Source: Klebsormidium nitens (Eukaryota; Plantae; Klebsormidiophyceae). Taken from it: DNA of 64,000 nt. The DNA is taken from contig DF237080.1 in assembly GCA_000708835.1 (NCBI GenBank), positions 62,001 to 126,000 on the forward strand. Reading direction: 5' to 3'. Below, one piece after another: positions 37,748 through 49,665 of the stretch. Numbering within the stretch: the first letter of the stretch is position 1; each line of letters starts with the position of its first letter. The notes below the pieces were generated by a model. That model ran no database searches. It saw only the letters and a list, made by a program, of their open reading frames with translations, and was not told the DNA's origin. The position numbers were made by a program, and so were the translations under genes.

Positions 37748-40700
37748 CTACGGATTGTTCACCCCTATCGTCCCGTTGAGCACCGGCGCGAGCGTCGGGT
37801 AATTCCCGAGCGTAGTCGGGGCGCTCGAGCAGTTGAAATCTGCATTCAAGTTGGTCGCCGGCAAGCCGTTTAAAGTACCCGGGGCAAAGTACACTCTCTG
37901 CACGTTGCGGATTGGTTTGAGGGATCCCCCGATGAAGATGCTCGTGTCGTTGGCGACGTCGTAGCACCCGACGCCCTGGTCAAAGACCGCCGCCGCGCAG
38001 ATGTAGTAATCCCCGCCGTCGACCGTTCGGGAGCTGAAACGGGGGGAGTGCTTGATCACAATCGTGGGGTGAGTTGTCAATTCTTATCAAGGCGTCTGAT
38101 TAGGGAGAAGGAGATTACTGAGCTGGACACGGAAGAATATCTCTCAATGAGAACCGTTCTTCTCTGATCAAAGAGAAGCAAACTTCTGAAAGGTGCCCGA
38201 TTGGAAAGTCCGCTTGTCGGGCGGAACAAGGCGGAACAACGGATTTGCAGCGGAAGACAATCTTTTCCTTCAGCGACGTCAACACAATGATCTCTCCTCT
38301 CCAGCCAGGGATCCTTCCACCTACTTTCGTCTAGTTGATGTGATTCGAGCCTGAATAGATCAGCGTTCACCGCATTCGCCCTATCCAGAAAAAGACAAAA
38401 TCTTACCCCAAAAGTAAGAAAAGACTCTAGCAGACTTCAGTACAGGGCTTACGACCTCACATATTCGACCTTCCACCTACTTTCGTCTAGTTGATGTGAT
38501 TCGAGCCTGAATAGATCAGCGTTCACTGCCGAATATGTGAGGTCGTAAGCCCTGTACTGAGGTCTGCTAGAGTCGTTTCTTACTTTTGGGGTAAGATTTT
38601 GTCTTTTTCTGGATAGGGCGAATGCGGTGAACGCTGCCGTCGCCCGCCCGAGGGTTTTATCATGCAGATCGCCCAGATCCAAAGCGGACTCCCAACTCAA
38701 GAACCGGAGACCGGAAGATCTGCAAAACTCCTCAACGGAAAGACGGAAGTTCAACCAGGAACAAAACGGCGTCTCTTCTGCGTGACAGTTGGCCGGGAAC
38801 GCACTCGGTTCGGGTTTGGGTTTTACCTGGTTAAGCTGGCGGGCGCCCCCGGAGGATTTTGGTTGCCGATGTAAACGTATTTGACGAGGCTCGCCGGGTC
38901 GGTGCAATTGGCTCCGCACTTGATGACCCCACCGAAGTCGATGAGGGCCATGTAAGGAGAGTTGAGAAAGGCCATGGCCATCACGAAATAGTCGCCCTGG
39001 ATGCGAACAGAAGACGTTAGCAGCGATGCTTTGGGTTTATTTGCATTTGTAGCTCTTCTTTCTGGACAGGAAATAAATGAAGGAAATGTCAAAGACAGAA
39101 CCGGCCGTCTGATCTACACCTTCTTACATTTTCGTATGGAACGCGGGGAGTCTGGAGAGTGAGCTTGAGTGAACCCACAATCATCAAAAGCGGTGGCGGG
39201 AACGAACGAGGAGATTGCACGACAGAAGAAGAGCAAGGGGGAAAAGAATGAGTGAAGAGACTGCGTTCGTAAGGTGGTCCTTTTTATTACAGACTATCAT
39301 GGTTGGCAAGAGGCATGTTCGGTTTGAAGGGAAGTCAGGTCACTGGAAACGAATATCTCTTCAAAGGACGCTTTGAAGAGGCAGAGTGTGAGTGGCTCGA
39401 GGGCGGTCGCTTTTGGCGTACAGCAAAAAGAGCTGTAGTCTGCATATTTTGCACGAGCCCACGTTGAAACCCGTCAGAACCGCGGATCGGTCGGGTTGCT
39501 CTAGCTACCGGTTGACCACAGCTGAATACAAGCCGTATGGATGCGCTATTTGTACGTACCTTCACTGCTCTTCGATGAGAAAGGCTTCTCAGTATATCTG
39601 ACAAAATATTGAATAAAGATGAACGTGCGTCCCGCCTTCCGTTGAGAGCCCCTCTTAAAATTGCATTCAAGGACGAGACTTTGACCTTTGTCGAGGGTCA
39701 ATTTACGCCATTTCGATGACGAAGAACACGGAAGGGCCCCTCCCCCGGAATTGACTCGCTTCCGAGTTGACACCTCCCGGCTTCCGGATTTGGGACGTCT
39801 TTGCGTTCGAAACTGCGCTTACGACAAAACTCCAAAGTAAGCCTTTCCGCAGTTTCAGACCAGACGTGCCGCATTTCAATTTAAGGACTTACCTTAGGGT
39901 AAAAGGCGGGAGTGCCCTCCCCCGGAGTGTCGTTTAGAGGGACGGCGAAGAATCGGTCTAGCTGCCCGACGGGAGTGATCTGAATGATGGTCACCGACAG
40001 AGGCGGGGCGTCCTGAGGCGTGATCGTCAAGAACTGGTCGTCGGGCGTGATTGCTAGATGGCCCTGCGGACGGGAAAGCAAGAAACGATTTAGTCGTCGC
40101 GCTTGCAGGTATGGCACTGGGGATAGGAAAGGGGAGGTTTTTCCTTTAAAAGACTGATCGGAAACAGGCTGGTGACCGACTGCAATCTTACAGAAGGTGC
40201 TCTCGCGGCCGGTGTAGAAGATACGATCTATTATTGCCAACTTTTGCTTTGCGCCAGAGGTAAAGCAGAACCCAACCCGAGATGCAGTGAGATCGAGCGA
40301 AGGGATTGTTGACAGAGCTACGTTGGATTCAGGATCACAAGCGGCATTCAGTACAAGCAGATGCGGTTTCGAAAAAAGCAGAGCTCTGAAGAGGTGAATG
40401 GATCGGATTGGATTGGAGCGGAACGGAAGCGGAACGCGTACGTTGTACCGAAGCTGTTGCACGATGCTATCGTTGGTTGTGTCCATTTCGATGGCGCCCG
40501 GGTAAATGCTCTGGGAACTGTTGGACGCGTTCTTGTACGAGATGCACTCGAAGTACGCGTGGCGGTTGATCTGCGATTGTCAGCTTCTCGAATTCAGAAA
40601 ATCTGGATTTTCTGAGTTCTGGGTTTTGAAGTTTCGGGACTACGGCTGTAGGACAGGAGCGCACTGTCGTGCTTAAAAACAGATTCGAGCAAGGCTGTCT

Positions 40701-43700
40701 CGGAAAAGGAAAGGTTGTGTAACGGTAGAAGTCGATCAAAGGGTTAGTTTGTGCTGAGAGCATTGAGATGAGTCTCCTGAGTGCAACTGGATTTTCGGAT
40801 TTATGGAGTTTCTTCGCAAAAAGGATCGCCCATATTCGAGGCGCTAAAAGCCTACTGGCTCGCTTCGTGCATTCAAACGTGCGGTGCAGTGGGTATCAAA
40901 GCCGCGTCACTGAAATAAACGGTTCAATACGTCAACCAGGTACTAACAGAGGTCGGTTAAGGAACCGATGATGGCAGCAAACGAGTGAATCTACCTGAGA
41001 GTATGCGAGAGAGTGGGTTCCGGGACAGACGGTTGTTTGACCGTCGGGCAGGGACACGTTGGCGAAGCTGATGTAATCCAGTCCGCTCTCGGGAACTAGT
41101 GTGGCGAGGTCCAGGATGAACACTCCGGGCTGGTTCACATCGCTGGCGTAGCCCTTGCTGCCAAGCTCTGCAGAACAGGGTAAGAAGCGAGGTCACTGTT
41201 GAATTAGCGGGTTTTGGTTTGCGAAACGGTGTTTGCGGACATCCGCGTAGTGTTTTGAAAGAGAACCAGCTCAGGACGAGACTTTCCGGTTGTCAGACAG
41301 AATTAGATCAACGACTTTTCGGGCGAATTGCAAACCCACGTGAAAGCTCGATGGTCGGCCGATGACCACGTGGGTGCAAAGCCAAGTCATAAGGTAAATG
41401 TTCGATTGAAAGTAGACCTATCTGCAGAGTCCAAAGCAGGTCGAATGCTCTTTGACGCAGCAACCAGAACGACTTAAAGTTGCGTGTGAGATCGTAACGG
41501 CGTTGGCTTTGAGCATCATCCTCCAAAAAGGTGGCCAGGTCCTCGCAGGAGCGGCTACCTTTCAGAACGCCTTCAAAGAACTGACCATGAGCACTGATAG
41601 CCACTTGTGTCGCCTCACGCAATGAAAGGAACCCAATTGTCTGAGGTAATATGCCCCATACTGCTCCAACCCAGATACAGTCGCAGCTTCCAGATCTCTA
41701 TTGTATGCGGCAGCGACAAATGCTGGGAGCTTCTTGCTCTGCTCCAGCTTTCAAGGGCAACAGCAGGTAGAAAAATGAAAGCAAGATTACGAAAGCTTGC
41801 GACCACTCAAAATATCACGTTACCGACTCCGAACCGTAAAATCCTCACTGCTGGAAGTTATAGGTAGGACTCGGTTTCTCGCAAGAATTTTGTCAGTATT
41901 TACGGCACCTTGTCGATCAGGGGCTCAACTTAAGGATTCGTGCAGGAGATGTAATTTGGCCTCGAAGCAAGAGGTTGGTACAAGTGCTTTGCAAACGTTA
42001 AAATTTTAACTCACCGTCATCGAAAAGAAGCTTTCCATGCCCGCTGATGTTGGCATGAGCAATGACGTCCTCGTATACATACGTGTAGTTGTATGCGTCG
42101 ATCACATCGAAGTCGGCGGTGCCGTCAGAGTGCGTCCACACCTCCCCCTGACAGACAACAGGAAGCGCTATGTGAGAAAAGAGAAGCCAGCAGATCTGTT
42201 TCACTTGGGGAAAATCAGAAGAGACGGTCTGTGGATGAGGAAGAATCCGGGGGGGAGCCCTACGTTTCAGTCCAGCCAGAGAGTTTCAAAGCACAACCCC
42301 ATTTACATCCCACGCACTGCACCTAGGCCAAAGGTTTGGGAATGAGCCGCTGGTGGAGCTGTTGCGGATGTCAATGCTGGAAGCCGCACACAAGAGCCAT
42401 TTTGTGACTGCAGTCTACTAACGTTCTTTTCTGCAGTCTACTAACGTTCTTTTCCTTCCGTCAAAGATTGCTTAGCTCTGTCAAACAAGTCACTCAAAAG
42501 TGCCCATCATCGAAACTGGTTGGTTGCCGCCCCCAAGAAACTGTAAATTAGGACTTTTCAGATACGTTTAACAGTGTCAAGATCACTGCTCATATAATGT
42601 GGTCTGATATGAAAGGGAATCTTCTGATTTCCCGAGCCATGTTTCAAAGCTGAGTTGCCCACTGATACCAGGCGGAACCCGGATTTTAATGAAGTCCCGA
42701 ATGCAAAAACCCACCAGAAAAGGGACGTAGTATATATGCACCGGACGCGCCTCCACAGGCACTCTCTGCACTAGCGTCTGCAGCTTAGTGTCAATCACGT
42801 AGACCGCATCCTGCGGCCCTATGGTCGCATTCTTGTAGTAGGCGGCGGCAAAGAAGTTGCCGTTGGCGTAAACCCCGTCCGCCCAACTGCCGGCAAAAGG
42901 GGTTCCGGAGCAGTTGTTTGGAAAGGGAGTAGTGGGGTTGGGAATGCTCTTGACAATCGCGTTGACTGAGGGGTCGAGCACGAGAATCTGCGGAGGGAAA
43001 GCAGTTCACTCGCTCAGCCACTAACAGCGAAATCATAGTGTAGATCTTGGAAGCACACAAGCTTTTGCAGATTGAACACTGGAAGAGAAATTGGCACCCA
43101 ACGGACTGTGCCCTGCAGTGCCTGTTCCCTGAAACCTATGACTACCTATCTCTCTCCGGCAACGCCCATCCCGATGTTGATGCCACATTGAATCCGAGGA
43201 AGCAACGCACCTGACTGACGCACCGCTTCTGAGACTGCGTGATGAATTATGCACATACTTGGAAGAGCAGTGCCCCATTCTAAGAACAAGTAGATTTGCT
43301 TGAACCAGTGCCAATGCGAGAATTCAGCCAAAAAACCGTGCTTCACTATCGCACACCCTGCCCGCTGTTTAAGTTGAAAGAAGGAAAGCACGGCAGCTGC
43401 TCTGGTAAGCTGGCTCCCAGTCTTGTGGACAGTACTAGTAGTACCAAAAAGCAGGCTTTGGAAGTCACTGAAGTTTCGCAAGGTGGCAGCATGCACGAGT
43501 GCTTAGAGTACTTTTAACGGCACGCAGAAACACTTCTCACATGACCAGCTAATCGAACAATATCATCATCTACCAAAGCAGCTCACCTCTCCATCCGCAA
43601 ATACGTAGAACAAGCCCTTCTCGTCTGCAGTGGTATATGTTATGGTGTTGGACTGAGCGCCTACGCTGATGGGCCAAAGGGTGGCCAAAGCAAGGAGAAG

Positions 43701-43742
43701 GCACAGGCAGGCTGCTTTTGGCATGGTGGCAGCCATTGTCAT
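37748..43742 (-). CDS. Secreted YVTN/YncE-like beta-propeller glycoprotein, 8 exons, ~496 aa, function unknown
   Basis: Exons (minus) 43742-43587, 42987-42715, 42147-42015, 41167-40995, 40570-40442, 40063-39893, 38996-38827, 38033-37748 join in frame. Signal peptide (MPKAACLCLLLALATLWPISVGA; that ATG has a gccaccATG context). Blade-like repeats VYVIDTKLQTLVQRVPVEARPVHI, GHLAITPDDQFL; many N-glycosylation sequons. The fold assignment is by eye. Confidence 0.8.
38313..38636. repeat. A-B-A-B' complex duplication; 107-bp near-perfect inverted repeat inside intron 7 of the beta-propeller gene
   Basis: A = 38313-38370 is repeated exactly at 38469-38526. Arms 38361-38467 and 38530-38636 are reverse complements at 105/107. 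Confidence 0.92.
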
Positions 43743-44669
43743 CTCTAACAAGAAGCGCCGGAAGCGTAAGAAAGATTAGATCTGATCTCCGTCCTTTTGA
43801 GTGGCTGCCAGTCTTGGCACCTCAGGCCCTCTACACTGTGATTCGCAGAGCCTGAGATCCTCTATACTGTACCTAGCTACGACTCCGAGGCTCGCGAGTC
43901 GCTAGCATATTATTGCCACACTAGGTGGGCGGTCATATGCCGGCCGGATGGAGCTCGGAGCGTTATGGTCGCATGCACCTGCCGTTTCTACCGGTAGAGA
44001 ACGAAACAGCTGGTAATGCCCATAAGGAACCAGTAGAGGGATAAATAGGTAAACCGGTACACTTAAAGTCTACCCTTAAACCCTAGACTGGTAACCTAGC
44101 CGCGCAACTTACAATTGCCGCGCAGCAATGCATGCGGCCGCGGGGCCGGCCAAACTCTCTGTCAAGCAGGCTCGCCCAGAGCTCCTCAGAGCACATATGC
44201 GCTACAGTATAGGAACAGGTCAGAGCGCTGAGCGCCCTTTTACCACGGGTTTTGATTCTTCTCACGAGGTCGATGTTACTTGGCGTGAGATAAGGCATTT
44301 CACAAGCTAGGAGGGGGAATTGGAGTGGGGCAAGATTATAGATCTTAAAGGCAGTTTTATGAGCCGGCATGTCTCACGGCCGCAAGTCTGGAATCACTTT
44401 GTAGATTATTCTTGACTTGCTCAAGTCGATTTCAGCAGCCGAAGCAGCACCGCGAGCGCCAAGTCTGAATGAACGATACCCGATTCTTATCGGCATTCAG
44501 AAGGGCCACTCCGTTATGTGCTGGCAAAGTATGCTAGCTTGATGCCGAGAGTGTTCAGCTTACATAACTCTCGAGGAGTTGCAGATGCACAACGTCCCGG
44601 GCTCTCAGCTGAGAAACCAATCTGACGACATATGCTGCCAACCATCGGAACTGACTCTAATCGTTTCTA

Positions 44670-47600
44670 TCATGTCAAGCGTGCAAGGCCCTCAAAGCCA
44701 TGATGACGCCGTAACAAGCATCCGGCATATGCTGCGGCCACGACCGCGCCGAGTGACATCACAACTGATACGGACCCGAGCACAGTGGCCCCTGTAGCGC
44801 CAACCGCTGCCGCGCCGGCGCCGGTTCCAGGGAGGAGCTCCAAGTCCATCCAATCGCAGTGGGCCAAGAAATGCTCGTACCCGTTCCAAGGTTGACCGCT
44901 TATAGGGTACCTGTAAAGGCGAGAACGTTGAGTTCAGAAGGAAGTAGTAAGCAGCAGCATGCTAGCTGCGGCGGCAGTGTCAAATGTGGAACTGATAGTC
45001 GATCAAGTGCAGGAAGGAGTACGCGAAAGAAGCAAGCAGACAGCGGAAAGCAGCAGACCAGCGATCAGGGGACACGGGCAGCTGTTTCTGAATGAGTGTA
45101 CACCGAGGCTGTGAAACTTGATATTCATTGAAAGGTCTGATACATTTCAGAGGTTTTTCAGAGATTCCATTGACTTCGTCCGTTCTCGTTCATCAGTCAA
45201 TGTGTGCTGCTCCCCCCGGATTGAAGGTTCACATTTCCAAATTCGTCGCTGTTCGCCGTCGAAACCAGGAAAGAACACCAACGATATCGACATTGACGGC
45301 GCTTGAGTGGCCGGAAAATAGTGAACAAGAACCTGCAAGCCGACCAGTAACGGCCCTACTAATCGCCGGAGGGCAACACTCGCTACCAAGACTTTGTCAA
45401 CGAGCGACAAGAAACGAAAAGTGAACCAACACAAAAGCAATCCTTTGCCTCACCAGAAGGCCGCCCCAAACCGGTGGACTACTGCCAGAGGGCAACACTC
45501 GCTACTCAGGGTCATCAACGAATGACGTGAAACGAAAAGACAATCAATGCAAAGCAAAAGCAAACCTTTAGCTCACCAGAAGGCCGCCCCAATCCGGTGA
45601 ACTACTGCCAGAGGGCATCACTCGCTACTGAGGACATCAACGGGGGACGTGGAAGAAAAAGAGGGCTCAAAGCGAAAGCAATCCTTTGGCTCACCAGAAG
45701 GCCGCCCCAATCCGGTGGACTGCCCGAGGGGAACACTCGCTACTCAGGGTCATCATCGAATTACGTGAAAAGAATCGAAAAGTATCGGAAGCGAAGCAAC
45801 CCTTTGCCTTACCAGAAGGCCGCCCCAAACCGTTGGACTCTCCCTATCGCGAGCTGCACGTCTTGTTGCAGCCTGTCCTGCGTCACGAGCGGTCGGGAGA
45901 ACTCGTACACGTAGTCACCCAGGCTGCCGTTCACGCCGAACACTTGGTCGCCCCACGCGAACGGACTCTGACCTGCAAACAGGAACGGGACGGCTTTTTG
46001 AGACTGGTTTGTCAAAGTTAGCGGGAGAACTCGTACACGTAATTACCCAGGCTGCCGTTCACGCCAAACACGGCGTCGCCCCACGCGAAGGGACTCTGAC
46101 CTGCAAACAGGGACGGGACGGCTTTTTGAGACAGGTCTGTCAAAACTTAGTGGTGAAGCGGCTTGAAAAGTCTTCACACACTTGTTCCAACATTCCACTC
46201 CCAGCGTGGTCTTGCTTTGGAGCTGAGCGCTTCTTCATGTCAAGGCCACCCGGTTTACTACAATCCTGTGCGACGATGTCGCGCTCTCCTCCGGACCTCC
46301 GTCTTTACATGTGTGAATACAGTGCGAGAGCTTCAATCACTACCCGGAATGAAGAACGGCAAACTCCCATCTCGATGTTACCGTGAATGCTGATCAATAC
46401 CGTTGGCAATCCGCGAAGGATCAAGACCGTAAAGCACTCAACGTTGGGGGTCGGGGCTCACCCACTATCCCCATGCTCGTGTGCTGCCAGGCTCCCAGCC
46501 AGTCGTTCTGCGCGCCGCCCGCGCCCCAGCCATGGCTCCCGATGTTGAAGTCTGCAAAAGCATCACATCGGAAAACTTCCATTGAAGCACTGACAGTTTG
46601 ATGCCGCTACAGGCAACCTGAAGACGTACTTCGGTGTCATGCATGTGAGCCTCCCGCCCCCCAGCCATGGCTCCCGATGTTAAAATCTGCAAAAGCATCA
46701 CATCGGAAAACTTCCATTGAAGCACTGATAGTTTGATGCCGCTACAGGCAACCCGAAGACGTACTTCGGTGTCATGCACCGGCGCTTCCGCTTCAGTGGC
46801 TTGCGTCGACACACAAGTAACCACATAAGTTGTCGCTGCGAATTCGAAACACGTAACTTTGCATAGGAATTCGCAGAGGTGGACTTCTGGGCCATTGTTC
46901 GCTGAGTGGGACCCACTTTGAGCTTGATCAACGGTTAACTCACACAGTGGGGCGGCGCTCTGGAAAGGTTGCCGTTTTCAGACAGAGGACCGAGGCAATC
47001 CTCAAATTTCTCTAGATTTCATGCGATGCGCTAGATTTCAAGGCGCTCGTCAACCACTGCTAACAAGCTTCGAAGAAAGAACGCGAGAAGCGAGCGCAGT
47101 CCAACGACCGCAAGAACCACAGCGCCATATGCGCCAAAAGCTGATAGACAAACGGGATCATCTCGAAGATCGTTCAATGACGCTGTGCCTCTTGCAAGCA
47201 CGTGCGATTCCGGCCATCCTTTTCAGGTAGCAGCAGCGAGGGGCGGTGTAAATACCTGGTGTGGCGATAGGGCCGTCGGCCCACTTGCAGTGGGGGTTGA
47301 AGGCATACATGTCCGTCAGGTGGCCGTACCTGCGCGAAACATTGGCTGACGTCAGCAAACGTATGGATGACGTCACTACGTTTACAGACATTCAGATCCC
47401 GCGCGCTCGCTCCAATCTTCGCTATCACTCCCAACAGGAAGTATGACCAGATTACAATTCTGAGGGTCCATTTTGCCCCACCCCAAAACTTGCGCCTTTT
47501 CGGCCAATCGTTCGACGAATGGCGCTGGAACGCTCCGGGGCTTACCGATCGTCTCCGCTGAAGATGGCTATGTCTCGGATGTTCGTCCCGTACAACCGCC

Positions 47601-49665
47601 CCGGAACGGCGTCCAGCCTAGGCTGAAACTGCATGATGTCGACTTCGTGACCGCTGCACGTGGCGGCGGTGCACGAGCCCGCCTCCTGCAAACAGCCCCC
47701 CATCTGCGGAGGAAGGAAAACTCGCTCGTAGTAGATGATCTTCCGATTTTCCTTGAACAGCCAGACACAAACTTTGTCTGTCATCCGGATGTTCTCTTTG
47801 AGCAAATGGATCTATCGGCTTTGTCTGCAACCTCCCTCCTGCAAATATCTGTGGAGGAAGAAAAACGCGCTTACAGAAAATAATTTTCCAATTACTCTTG
47901 TTTGAAAAGCCAGACATGAGTTTTGTCTGTCATCCAGATGACCTCTTCAAGTCAAATAATCTATGGTCTTTGTCTGCAATCTGCCTCCTGCAAACAGGCC
48001 CCATTCACGGAGAAAGACAAAATCCGGTGAAAAGGCATTACAGAAGACCTTTGTTTCTTCCTTATTGGAAGATTGGACCGGCCTGTTGTGTTCCACTTCT
48101 GCAAAGGAGCTTATGTTGTATCTTTATAGATATCCTGCTTCTTGCAGTTGTCCCCCCATCTGCAGAAGGAGAAGCTATAAAAGGACGACAAAGGAAATGT
48201 GGTCGGTCGTTCAGAATAACCAGCCCCCCTTGATCGCAGGAAAGAGTAAAAGGCGGAAACTGGGTGAGCAACTACTTCGAATAGGAACGCCTCTGAATTT
48301 GAGCTCAGAAGGTACGTCGAGCACTCGCGACATGAGATGAGCGGTGGAGGCGACACAGAACTTTTGGTACGGGCACAAAAAGGGATTCGACGTCATGAAG
48401 GCAAAGACTGATAGGCTGTTCCCAAGAGCACTTCTCAAGAGAATCTTTCCACATGAAGTTCGTTGTGGAGTTCGACTGGCTTCTGCTCATTCTTGAGCAT
48501 TATGCTATAGGCCGTGGCATGCTTCCTTATTTCCTTTGAAAGATATGGAGTTGTCACAAAGCTCCGGAGCGGGGCGGGACTTACGTCAAGAAAGGTAGCG
48601 TTGGCCCCAATCGAGAACATGAGGGCCATGGCGGGATTCAATCCGACTTGTCTGCAAGGCAGAATGACGGGCTTGAGATCTGCATCGATTTGATTGAGAC
48701 AATCAGTTCAAGACACACGCTTGACATCTGTCATTCAGATTGAGTGGTTCGGACAAACGGGGACATTTATGATCTGAATACGACACCGTACTTTATTGCA
48801 GCTTCTTCTAAGCTGTAAAGCAAAGGAACAATGTTTAGAAGCAGGAGAATTGGGAAATCTTACAGTGAACTGAAGACGTAGGGGCCCGTAACTTGCATGA
48901 GAACGAACAGATCTCTTCCATCATGCACCGCCTACATAAAGACAGGAAGAAAGTAAGCGGAGCCCAAAGAAAAACACGAAAACAGAGTGAGGGTGCACAC
49001 TTCTTTTTGAAACCAGGATCTCACCCGGGAAAATGAATTTTCTTCGGCAACACTTACTTTTTGAGCAGGAGCGCATTGATCCAATTCTGTAATTTCAAAG
49101 GATAGTCTGGTGCGGAAACCACAATCTATAATATGGATTACAGATTGTCCCCTCCTTACCCTCACTCAAACCCTCTACTCTTTGAAGGGAATCACGCCCT
49201 TCGGGATTTAGTATCAAACGAGGAGAGAACCTTTGAAAATGTACCTTGCAACCATCATAACTCTGCCTGGGGTAGAGCAGTACGGACTGCCTCAAGCATA
49301 CACTAGCCATCTCAAGCCAGCGACTTTTCGTTTTTGGAGAATCCATCTGCCCAATTTCATCAAAGTAGACTCCTGATTGCAGCTAGTTCTAAGCTTGTAT
49401 TCCAAGCACTTGCCTTGATCGTCGCCTCTCCATCACCGTACAGATAAGACGAGCCCCCTCCCACCACCTGCCGGAGGCGCACCCGCATGCCCGGGATGGA
49501 CTTCCAATCATCGCTGTTCCCATCCACTGTGACCAGGCCTGGGGCATACAGCGCCTGAAGCAACGGAGGAACGCTTCCAGACACGCAAATGTTTGGCGCG
49601 CTGGCCGCCCCAGCAGTTGCTGCGATTGCAGCGAGAGCAAGTAGCAGCGCTAGAAGGCAAGCCAT
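44670..49665 (-). CDS. DOMON/EB_dh-type putative heme-binding single-pass membrane protein, 8 exons, ~369 aa
   Basis: Exons (minus) 49665-49414, 48931-48864, 48651-48585, 47703-47546, 47329-47256, 46551-46462, 45972-45813, 44910-44670. Signal peptide; motifs VDGNSDDW, AVHDGRDLF, ALMFSIG, MGGC..C..C.GHEVDIM, GHLTDMYAFNPHC, AQNDW, YEFSRPL..DRLQQDVQ, AFWYP, HCDW; C-terminal TM helix. From memory this resembles the plant At3g62370-type family (not searched). Confidence 0.85.
45355..45830 (-). repeat. ~118-123-bp tandem array of the exon-7 end plus donor site of the DOMON gene (4 junction copies)
   Basis: Unit start cctt(t)..c(t/c)caccagaaggccgcccc at 45442, 45565, 45683 and 45801; on the minus strand each reads ..GGGGCGGCCTTCTG|GT(G/A)AG. 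Confidence 0.9.
45888..46145 (-). repeat. Tandem duplication of the exon-7 acceptor and exon start of the DOMON gene
   Basis: The second copy has acceptor 46103-46101 and reads GQSPFAWGDAVFGVNGSLGNYVYEFSR* (46100-46018), versus the functional GQSPFAWGDQVFGVNGSLGDYVYEFSRP. Confidence 0.9.
46514..46778 (-). repeat. ~135-bp tandem duplication of the exon-6 acceptor and exon start of the DOMON gene
   Basis: The second copy has acceptor 46689-46687 and reads DFNIGSHGWGAGGSHA* (46686-46637); 92 nt of intronic sequence is duplicated with 2 differences. Confidence 0.9.
47683..48010 (-). repeat. ~150-bp degenerate tandem repeat at the exon-4 acceptor of the DOMON gene
   Basis: ctcctgcaaa recurs near 47683, 47835 and 47985; ccagaca..tttgtctgtcatcc and tttgtctgcaa blocks occur twice; the third copy reads ATGGGGCCTGTTTGCAGGAG on the minus strand, like the exon start ATGGGGGGCTGTTTGCAGGAG. 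Confidence 0.8.

Noticed and set aside
39881-40486. 201-aa ORF (and similar 130-180-aa ORFs such as 51594-52130 and 58063-58596) as standalone genes
   Set aside because: They are single exons extended by read-through into flanking introns.
42408-42453. Exact 23-bp tandem duplication (ctgcagtctactaacgttctttt x2), and a 3 x 18-bp repeat at 5706-5763
   Set aside because: Mid-intron slippage repeats away from junctions; ordinary.
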